Source: a virus. From it: DNA of 64,000 bases. Numbering within the stretch: the stretch's first letter is position 1; every line of letters starts with the position of its first letter. Shown in pieces: positions 1-7,395 of this stretch. Under the pieces are notes generated by a model. That model ran no database searches. It was not told the DNA's origin and saw only the letters and a list, made by a program, of their open reading frames with translations. The stretch covers positions 38,810 to 102,809 of IMG/VR virus record IMGVR_UViG_3300037882_001264. One strand, written 5' to 3'. Both the position numbers and the translations under genes were made by a program.

Positions 1-1453
1 GCTCGCGAGGAGCGTCAGGGTGGTGGTCGTAGACGTTCTCGTAGTACTCGCGCGAGTAGGGCGCATCCTTCGGATCGTCACCGTCGTGCAGCACCTGGAT
101 CTTGTTCGACTTGCCCGGGTGGCCAGAGTCGCGCACTGAGTGGACCGTGCCAGCCTCGCCACGGAAGTCGATGACTCGATCGCCCACCTCGAACTTGGGC
201 GGGAGGTGGCCCATGCCAGCGGTGTGTGGGTTGACACAGAAGCCACAGTCAGGATCCGGGTCTTCCCACGAGTGCTGCTCATGGGCGCGCAACTGCTGCT
301 GCACCTTGGCCTTGGAGAGGTCGTCCATGTCGTCCCAGGCGTAGGCGACCTTCGCAGCGGTGGTGGAACTAGAGTCCCCAGAACTGTCGCTCGACTCGGA
401 TCCTTCCGAATCGGCGTCGCTGTCCACGTCGCTGTCGGTGAAGTCCGAGGGATCGTGTACCTGGTTGGCTACGTCGCTGGGACTTCCCGCGACCATCTGG
501 CTTCCGCAAAGAGGGCAACTCATACCTCCCCGGTAGTTGACGCCCCAGTACCTGCACCGCGAGCAGTGCGCACCGAGTTCGTCCTTCTCGTCCTGCTCCT
601 CCTTGGCCGAGTACTTCGTTGGGCCTGTGGGGTTGCTGTCGAGGAACTTGGCTTGCTCGGGGGATGCGTGCACGGCGTCATCGACGCGACTGGTGAGGTC
701 GTCAGCATTCAGCACTGCGTGAGACTTGGGATCGTGCTTCGCGAGCCAAGCGCTGTTGTCATGCTCCCAGAGGTGCCTGTCCTGGCGGACGTCCTCGCGT
801 CGATCGACCTTCTCGTTGACGTCGCGATGCACTACCTCGCCCGAGTCATCTCCGGCCTCGTGCATCGTGTGGTAGAGGTGGTGGCGCGCGACAGCCTCAC
901 TGGGGTAGTAGCCGAGGTAGTGGCCCTTCCAGGTAGCCATGTGGCCATCTGCGTGCTCGCCCGCAGGGGACGCTTGCAGTTCGGCTGCGTCAGCCTGACC
1001 CTCGTGCAGTTCACTCGGATCTAGCGGAGTCTTGATGGTGCGGGTCGAGTCGTACCAGGAGCGGATGTCTGCCTCGCTGGCTGCGACCTTCGAGCCGAGC
1101 CGGGTGTTCGGGGCGATGTCAGGCCGGTCCACGAGGATGGTCCCGAGTTCGGGGTAGTCATCGGCAGCGGTGTGGATCGAGGAGGCCTCAGCGACCTGCG
1201 CAGACGTCGAGGACACCGTCGAGATCTGGGTCTCGGTGTACTCGCCGCCACCCAGACCGCCGTCCAGGGCGACGTGGTAGACATCGCTGCCCGGGGAGAA
1301 GCCCGAGGAGATGGCCTCGATGGTCCCTGGGAAGCCGTCCAGCGTCATGACCTGCTGGCCCACGCTGTAGCCCCCAGATTCGCCTGGGGCGGCGCTGAAG
1401 GACTGGATGGCCGCAGTGTCGTGACGGCGAGCGTCGCGTCGTCCTAGCCCCAC
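1..1453 (-). CDS. Large modular hypothetical protein, probably virion/head-associated (3' end runs off the window)
   Basis: Absent from the ORF track because it is truncated. Manual translation from GTG 1453 (AGGAGG RBS) reads MGLGRRDARRHDTAAIQ...; the same frame reads ...YYENVYDHHPDAPRE at the window edge. Contains SH3-like barrels (YSVGQQVMT, FEVGDRVID), a CxxC...CPLC ribbon and a D/S-rich tract. Lies directly downstream of the portal and is preceded by the late-type motif. Confidence 0.8.
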   Translation of the reverse strand, partial: MGLGRRDARRHDTAAIQSFSAAPGESGGYSVGQQVMTLDGFPGTIEAISSGFSPGSDVYHVALDGGLGGGEYTETQISTVSSTSAQVAEASSIHTAADDYPELGTILVDRPDIAPNTRLGSKVAASEADIRSWYDSTRTIKTPLDPSELHEGQADAAELQASPAGEHADGHMATWKGHYLGYYPSEAVARHHLYHTMHEAGDDSGEVVHRDVNEKVDRREDVRQDRHLWEHDNSAWLAKHDPKSHAVLNADDLTSRVDDAVHASPEQAKFLDSNPTGPTKYSAKEEQDEKDELGAHCSRCRYWGVNYRGGMSCPLCGSQMVAGSPSDVANQVHDPSDFTDSDVDSDADSEGSESSDSSGDSSSTTAAKVAYAWDDMDDLSKAKVQQQLRAHEQHSWEDPDPDCGFCVNPHTAGMGHLPPKFEVGDRVIDFRGEAGTVHSVRDSGHPGKSNKIQVLHDGDDPKDAPYSREYYENVYDHHPDAPRE

Positions 1454-1473
1454 AGCAGCCTCCTGGTCGTTCC

Positions 1474-1510
1474 TCTACCCCTTCGGGGCCCTGGCACCTG
1501 GCAAGACAGG
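1474..1510 (-). promoter_or_regulatory. Bipartite late-type motif copy 1: CCTGTC-N20-GAAGGGGTAGA
   Basis: Intergenic, about 20 nt upstream of GTG 1453; one of six copies with fixed spacing. Confidence 0.7.
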
Positions 1511-1513
1511 CCC

Positions 1514-3634
1514 TCAGGCGTCTCCCAGGGGCACCTTGGGATCGAGAGCGAGGTGCTTGCGCATCCCGACATGCTTCGGGGTGGCGAAGGTTCCACGCGG
1601 GATGCCGTCGGGAATGGCCTCCTCCCGGATGACTTCCTGGTCCTCGTTGAGGATCGAGGTGGTCTTCAGTTCCGGCGGAGCCTCGTAGTGAGACTTGGCG
1701 ATGGTCCTCATGCGACCGGCCTGCTGGAACAGGGCTGCGGGCTTGGGCATGCTGGACCTCATCTCGTCCGAAGGAGCGATCTCCTCACCTGGCTGCTCAC
1801 CGAAGGGCTGCGTCTCCATGCCAGGCATGGGGGTGCCACCTTCCGGCGGAGTCATCATCATGTCCTCAGGCGTCGGCGCGAAGTTAGGCGTCGCAGGGTC
1901 GGGCGCAGTACCGAGCATCGGGAGCATCATCTGCTGGCCGCCCATGCCGGGCTCAGCCAGGATGACGGCACCGAAGTCTGCGGTGAGGTCGGGCGGAATC
2001 GGGAGCCCCTTGTCACGCAGGGACTCGAAGATGGCCTTACGAGTCTCCTGCTCGGCGACGGCTAGTTGCACCTGCTCATCCTTGGTTCGCTCCATCTCCT
2101 CGTCGAGATCGATGGGAGCGTTGACCAGGCGAGTCTTCATCGAGATCGGGACACCGGCTGCACGCAGGGCCTCGAAGAACTGGCGCTGCCCTTCGTCGTC
2201 GGAGAGGTTCATGGTCTTGAAGCGCAGTTCAGGGATGAGCAACTTGGGCTGCTCGACGATACGCTCCTCGCCGGTCTCCTCGTCGACTTCGAGGATCTCC
2301 TCCATGATGACGTAGCGCTTGCCGTCACGCACCTCGTAGTCGAAGTGCTCTTGTGCCTCGGCGACGATGAGTGCACGCTGACGGTAGTGGTTGGCGATCT
2401 CGTCCTGGTAGGTCGTGAGCAACTGGCTCACCAGGTCGCGGTTGAGTGCATCAGCCGCGTACGTCTCGCCAGAGGATGCGCCAGTGAGCATCGTGCGGCT
2501 CAGCCCGAAGGACTGGAGCATGCGGTCCTCAAGGCGCTCGAAGTCGGCGCCCATGTCGGGCATGTTCTCGCGGCCGAACACCGACTCCATCTGGATGCCG
2601 AAGTGGTGGACCAGCACGCGGAAGTCGGCGGCGAGAGCCTGGTCGAGCGCTTCCTCGAAGGAGGCCAAGTCATCGTCGTTAGGGATCCAGGGCACGTCGG
2701 TGCCGAGGTCTGTGGCACTGGCTCCGAGCCGGGCCAGGATGAGCGGGGTGTAGAGGCGGTCGGCGATGGCGTCCTGGGCGGCGTTGAGCATCTCCTCCTG
2801 CATGACAGCACGCATCGCACGCATGAGGATCGGGATGCCGCGCTTGTTGAACGTGTCGGCGGTGAACTTGATCTGCTGGAGCAGCACGTTGCTGACCGGC
2901 ATGAGCGCGCCGTCGGCTGCGTAGTGGATCAGTTCGGGGTAGGTGCTGACCAGGCGCTCATAGTCGTACGCCGGGGTGCGCTTGGTGATGACCTCGCGCA
3001 GCGTCTCGGGCAACTTGATGAAGAAGCGGGGCTCGCGAAGGAACGGGCTCCGCTCGACCTCGACGTCGTCGGGGTTGATCAGTTCGTCGTCTTCCCACAC
3101 ACCGAGGGCCTCGTTGAACGAGCCGAGCGGCCAGGCCTCACCGACGGTCCAGTACTCGCGGCCGATGTCGCGCAGGAACTTGTCGTAGTTCAGGCCCTCG
3201 GGGCTGAAGAAGAGATCGGTGTAGAAGTCGGTCAGTTGCTCGTCCTTGCAGACCAACTCGGAGCCGAGCAGCGGGTACTTCGAGTAGATGTCGACGCACG
3301 AGGCGATGATCGGGTGGGTCAGGTAGAGCAGTCGGCAGAAGGCGCGGATCTTCTTGATCTCATCGTGCTTCTCGACGTCGTAGGGGAGGTTGTTCTGCTT
3401 CCAGTAGAACATCGGGTCGCGAGGGCGACCAGTAGCAAACGAGAGGGACGAGCCACCGCCCCCAGCACCATTGGCGGCAGCGGTCTTGGCAGCGACCTTG
3501 CGGTTCCTGCGCATCTCGACGAGAGCGGGGTCGTCTTCTCCGGGCCCCTCGGCGCGACGGCCGAACGGCCCGCCCGTGCCCAACTTCGCGGCAATCTTGT
3601 CGAAGGCGCTGGCGCCCTCATTAGTGTCAGCCAC
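1514..3634 (-). CDS. Portal protein
   Basis: 706 aa. The RAFCRLLYLTHPIIASCVDIYSKYPL...GREYWTVGEA...GIPILMRA pattern is typical of large actinophage myovirus portals. Pro-rich C-terminal tail; head-gene context. Confidence 0.8.
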   Translation of the reverse strand: MADTNEGASAFDKIAAKLGTGGPFGRRAEGPGEDDPALVEMRRNRKVAAKTAAANGAGGGGSSLSFATGRPRDPMFYWKQNNLPYDVEKHDEIKKIRAFCRLLYLTHPIIASCVDIYSKYPLLGSELVCKDEQLTDFYTDLFFSPEGLNYDKFLRDIGREYWTVGEAWPLGSFNEALGVWEDDELINPDDVEVERSPFLREPRFFIKLPETLREVITKRTPAYDYERLVSTYPELIHYAADGALMPVSNVLLQQIKFTADTFNKRGIPILMRAMRAVMQEEMLNAAQDAIADRLYTPLILARLGASATDLGTDVPWIPNDDDLASFEEALDQALAADFRVLVHHFGIQMESVFGRENMPDMGADFERLEDRMLQSFGLSRTMLTGASSGETYAADALNRDLVSQLLTTYQDEIANHYRQRALIVAEAQEHFDYEVRDGKRYVIMEEILEVDEETGEERIVEQPKLLIPELRFKTMNLSDDEGQRQFFEALRAAGVPISMKTRLVNAPIDLDEEMERTKDEQVQLAVAEQETRKAIFESLRDKGLPIPPDLTADFGAVILAEPGMGGQQMMLPMLGTAPDPATPNFAPTPEDMMMTPPEGGTPMPGMETQPFGEQPGEEIAPSDEMRSSMPKPAALFQQAGRMRTIAKSHYEAPPELKTTSILNEDQEVIREEAIPDGIPRGTFATPKHVGMRKHLALDPKVPLGDA

Positions 3635-3932
3635 GAGACATCTCCCTGCTTGCTACATGAAAGTCCCAGGCCCGCTGGCCTAGGGCGCGAATGAGATTGC
3701 CGTACATGCGACGCTCGGGCCACTCCATGCAGCCATCCGTTGCACTCATCCTTACCAGATACGCATTGAGGTTGTCAACACAAACTCCGCACAGGGTGAC
3801 CGTCTCCCCTGTGGGCCGGGCGAGAACTTCCACTGCATCCCCGAAGACGGCGCGCATGACGGCGATGTCGAGGCGGTACGGGTAGACCACCAGAGGGGTC
3901 GGGGAGTGGAACTTCGAGCCAAGACACTGCAC
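3627..3932 (-). CDS. Small hypothetical protein with Cys/His motif (CxxC)
   Basis: 101 aa, tightly packed and overlapping the portal start; LCGVC motif. Confidence 0.6.
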   Translation of the reverse strand: MQCLGSKFHSPTPLVVYPYRLDIAVMRAVFGDAVEVLARPTGETVTLCGVCVDNLNAYLVRMSATDGCMEWPERRMYGNLIRALGQRAWDFHVASREMSRG

Positions 3933-3937
3933 TGAGA

Positions 3938-4606
3938 TCAGCCCCGCGAGTCGCGTACTGCTGCCAGCGTTTCGGGTGCACGGTTGGCTGCCTTGAGGGC
4001 CAGGTAGCGCGCGTAGTTCTCCCGGTCCAGGATCGCGCCCGTCGAGGTCTTGAGGCTGGAGCCCTTGGCGAAGGGGTTGCCATCATCCTCAGCGGGCGGC
4101 CCCTCCTGCTCCGGGCCCTCTTCATCCTCATCCGGCAGGGCATCTGGATCCATCGGGTCGCCCTCGTCGAAGGGGACGGAGCCCATGGGGGCGCCACCCT
4201 GCTGCACGCCCTGGGCTGGGTCAGCGTCAGGGACGCCGGGCACGTTGACAGGCATGCCGTCCTGGGTCTGGGGCATGGCCGGGTAGGCGGGCTGCACACG
4301 GACGGTGAAGACGGCACCACAGAAGGCGCACTCTGCTCCACCGTCAGAGCGGGAGGTCAACTGGCCGGAGCCGCAGAAGGGGCAATGGAAGACTCGGAAC
4401 TGGTCGCCACTGTCGTGGGCGACCTTGTCAATCGGGGCCTTGCTCATGCCTTGCTCCATTCGCGATGCGGTCCATGGCTGGGCGGAGACGAGACCGCCTC
4501 GGGGCGTCTCGACGCATGCTGGGCATAGCATCTTGCCGCCGACTTGCTTGCGGGGAACGTACCTATCCATCGAGCGTCCGCAGTCGTGGCACTGACGGCT
4601 AGTCAT
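3938..4606 (-). CDS. Zn-ribbon protein, head region
   Basis: CHDC/CPAC and HCPFC/CAFC pairs; ATG 4606 follows GGAGG and the late-type motif. Confidence 0.75.
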   Translation of the reverse strand: MTSRQCHDCGRSMDRYVPRKQVGGKMLCPACVETPRGGLVSAQPWTASRMEQGMSKAPIDKVAHDSGDQFRVFHCPFCGSGQLTSRSDGGAECAFCGAVFTVRVQPAYPAMPQTQDGMPVNVPGVPDADPAQGVQQGGAPMGSVPFDEGDPMDPDALPDEDEEGPEQEGPPAEDDGNPFAKGSSLKTSTGAILDRENYARYLALKAANRAPETLAAVRDSRG

Positions 4607-4617
4607 AGGCACCTCCC

Positions 4618-4655
4618 TCTACCTCTTCGGGGGCCGTTTGAGGTGGCTCGACAGG
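4618..4655 (-). promoter_or_regulatory. Bipartite late-type motif copy 2: CCTGTC-N21-GAAGAGGTAGA
   Basis: Intergenic, heading the Zn-ribbon/portal unit. Confidence 0.7.
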
Positions 4656-4657
4656 GG

Positions 4658-5554
4658 CTAGTAGGCCGAGGCGGTGAGCCGGAGGACCGGGTCCAGGGGG
4701 ACCACAGCCAGCATCGCTAGCCGGTCCTCTAGGCCGAAGGAGGCCACGAGTCGGCCGTCCCACATGGTCAGTCCTGCCGCGAACTCGATGGTGGGGCGCT
4801 CGAAGTAGAACGGCGGGGTCGTGGACAAGGCGCCACGGTGCCTCCGAACGAAGCGGTTGACGTACTGCCTCTCGCCTCGATCGTAGTGGACCTCATGGAC
4901 CAGGGCGAGCCAGCCGTCGAGCATCCGGATCGCCTGAGACCCACCCCGGAGATCGGTGGTGGGGTCCAGGAGGCGGTACGGGATCCGGCCATCCTCGTAC
5001 AGTATCCCGTCCGCTGGGTCGTAGATGGCGAGCGGGGATGCCTTGTAGATGAACCGGCCGTCCTGCATCGGCATCCAGTTCTTCTCATGCACCAACTCTG
5101 GGGCTCGCGACGGCATGATCTCTCGCTCGACCGATCGCCAGTCCTCAAGGCGATCAACAGCGATGCGGCAGACACCGTCGGCACGGTGCTCGCGCAACGT
5201 CCCGGAGACCTGCCAGTACCCATCGTCATGCCAGATAAGGCGAGCGTCCTCCATGTTCCTGACGTCGCCGTAGAGCATGGGGCCACGCACCGCGCTCTGG
5301 TCGATCTCCTGCATCCCCGTGACCCGGAGGTCATCATCGAGGTGCGCGACCCAGTTGCGTGTGTCGATGTAGCCGGGGTACTCGTACTGCCCGCGCGTGA
5401 TGACGTAGTTCGAGGAGCGGACGATGCACTTGTACCCCTCGGTCGGGGAGTAGGCGATCGAGGGGTTGAACGAGGACCAACCAGGCCGCGCCGACATCGC
5501 GATGGGCCTGGTGGTGCACCAGCCGAAGAGTTCGGCGGCGGACTGCACTTCCAT
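4658..5554 (-). CDS. Five-bladed beta-propeller glycoside hydrolase/phosphorylase-like protein
   Basis: FNPSI, MEDARL, EKNWMP, LRGGSQ and IEFAAGL motifs characteristic of GT-associated GH43/GH130-like propellers; translationally coupled to the glycosyltransferase. Confidence 0.7.
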   Translation of the reverse strand: MEVQSAAELFGWCTTRPIAMSARPGWSSFNPSIAYSPTEGYKCIVRSSNYVITRGQYEYPGYIDTRNWVAHLDDDLRVTGMQEIDQSAVRGPMLYGDVRNMEDARLIWHDDGYWQVSGTLREHRADGVCRIAVDRLEDWRSVEREIMPSRAPELVHEKNWMPMQDGRFIYKASPLAIYDPADGILYEDGRIPYRLLDPTTDLRGGSQAIRMLDGWLALVHEVHYDRGERQYVNRFVRRHRGALSTTPPFYFERPTIEFAAGLTMWDGRLVASFGLEDRLAMLAVVPLDPVLRLTASAY

Positions 5555-6603
5555 CAGAAGGCCAGGTTGGCAGTCGCCTGGTCCCGCTTGTACTGGTCGA
5601 GCGACTCATCATTCGCGAGTTGGCGGAAGATCGAGCGGGCGGTCTCCTTGTCGTCGCCCCACCAGAGGGCCACGCCGACCTCCATGAGCATGTCGAACGA
5701 CTCGATGTCACGGTGCACGAAGAGGATGTCGGTGGAGGGCTCACGGGGCGCCTGGAGCGCGAGCACTTGGGCGGCGAGCCGGGCCTTACTCTGGTTGAGG
5801 ATCTTGATCGCCTCGGTGAAGGCCTCCGCACGCGACGGCCGGTACGACCAGGCGACCAGGTAGTCCCCAAGGGAGCCCGTCAGTTTGGCGATCTGGTAGT
5901 AGGCCCAGTAGATCTCCTGGTCCCAGTGGCCGATCTCCAGGTAGCGCCGGTAGGTGCGCAGAGAGTCCTCGTTGCGCCCCAGATCCTTGTAGGTCTGGGC
6001 GAGGTAGAACGCAGTGCGTGGGTCGTTCGGGTTCCTCTCGAACTCCCCCTCCAGCAGCGCCATGTCGCGAGTGAACTTCTCCGGCCGCGTGCCACCGTCG
6101 CCGTGGTGGTAGATGGTGAAGGTCGGGTGGTTCTCCGTCTTGTACGGCACTTCAGCCGACAGAAACTCGTGAGTGACTCCGTGGTAGCGCCACGGCAGGG
6201 CTGCACTGACCAGGTAGGGCATCCACCACTCGAAGCCCCCGCCGATCTTGACCATGTAGCAGTCGGAGGTCAGTTCGCCGAGGTCGCCCGACAACTCCAT
6301 GTCGGCATCGACCAGCAGGAAGTAGGCGTTGTCCGCGTCCCAATCGAAGTCCTCAACGACCTCCTGGAGTTCGTCGAGCAGCGCGTTGCGGTTGTGGGCG
6401 AAGTTCACCCACTCTTGATTCAGCAGCGCGTACTCGACCGTGCTGTCCGCCATGAGGTCGTGGACCTTGCGCTTGGTGTTGTCAGTCGAGCCGGTGTCGA
6501 TCACCACTAGGTAGTCGGCGTAGGGGAGGGCAGAGCGTAGGCAGCGCTCGATGACCTCGGATTCGTTCTTGACGATCATGCCGACAATGACCTTGGGCAT
6601 CAT
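5554..6603 (-). CDS. Glycosyltransferase family 2 with TPR repeats
   Basis: MIVKNE..IERCL, IDTGSTDNT, FAHNRN, DAD (DxD) and GVTHE motifs, followed by TPR-like FYLAQTYKDLG. Confidence 0.9.
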   Translation of the reverse strand: MMPKVIVGMIVKNESEVIERCLRSALPYADYLVVIDTGSTDNTKRKVHDLMADSTVEYALLNQEWVNFAHNRNALLDELQEVVEDFDWDADNAYFLLVDADMELSGDLGELTSDCYMVKIGGGFEWWMPYLVSAALPWRYHGVTHEFLSAEVPYKTENHPTFTIYHHGDGGTRPEKFTRDMALLEGEFERNPNDPRTAFYLAQTYKDLGRNEDSLRTYRRYLEIGHWDQEIYWAYYQIAKLTGSLGDYLVAWSYRPSRAEAFTEAIKILNQSKARLAAQVLALQAPREPSTDILFVHRDIESFDMLMEVGVALWWGDDKETARSIFRQLANDESLDQYKRDQATANLAF

Positions 6604-6675
6604 GCGGTGGCTCTCTTCGTTAGGGGGCTACGAGGCCACGCTAGCAGAGCCAGTTGAAACGGTCCAGCCGGTGGG

Positions 6676-6906
6676 TCAGCCGCCCAGCGCAGTCAGCCGC
6701 TGCGAGATCGTGAGCCCGCTGTTGTTCACCGGCCGGGTAGGGTCGGCCACGGTACTGGGGGTACCCAGGAGGGCTGTCTGTGCGGCAGAGCCGAGTGCGG
6801 TCCACTCTGCCTCGGTGAGCGTCGCGGTCTGGCCAGCCTGGAACACGCCATTGCGGTAGAGCCACACGTTGGTCAGCCCGGCCTTGACGACTGCTTGCTT
6901 ACCCAT
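6676..6906 (-). CDS. Small hypothetical protein
   Basis: 76 aa, overlaps the upstream stop; codon usage matches neighbours. Confidence 0.65.
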   Translation of the reverse strand: MGKQAVVKAGLTNVWLYRNGVFQAGQTATLTEAEWTALGSAAQTALLGTPSTVADPTRPVNNSGLTISQRLTALGG

Positions 6907-7387
6907 CTTCGTTCACTCCAAACGCATCGCGGATCAGACAGGCTGAGGCGAAGCGGATGACCCGCTCGCCCTCTTCGTCATCGAGTTGGCTGAGCACCTC
7001 GCGAAAGGAGACGTCGTTGCGGACGCGGCTGGCGACCAGCGCAAGCGCATCCTCGGCGATGTCCTGGAACGCGGCCAGGTGGCCTGTGTCGGCCATGGCA
7101 TTGATGACCCCCGCCTCGCCAGCAGCGTCGTAGAGGTCGCGAGCGGCCACTGTCGAGATGCCAGACATCTCCAGCGAGTCATCGAGGTCGGAGTGCACCG
7201 TCATGACCGATCGTGCGGGAGCCAGGTCGTAGAGGGCCACAGGGACGATCTGACCGGCGAGCGTGCCGGTCTCCCAGGAGACGTGTGCTGAGCCCGATGC
7301 GAGCACGAGCAGGCGCCCATGGTCACCAAGGACCAGTCCCTCGTTGGCGGGACCGGTATAGGCGACCTTCTGGCCTTCCTTCAGCAT
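6899..7387 (-). CDS. Hypothetical protein (N-terminal SH3-like barrel)
   Basis: 162 aa; AGGAG RBS; packed in the operon. Confidence 0.7.
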   Translation of the reverse strand: MLKEGQKVAYTGPANEGLVLGDHGRLLVLASGSAHVSWETGTLAGQIVPVALYDLAPARSVMTVHSDLDDSLEMSGISTVAARDLYDAAGEAGVINAMADTGHLAAFQDIAEDALALVASRVRNDVSFREVLSQLDDEEGERVIRFASACLIRDAFGVNEDG

Positions 7388-7395
7388 CTGATCTC

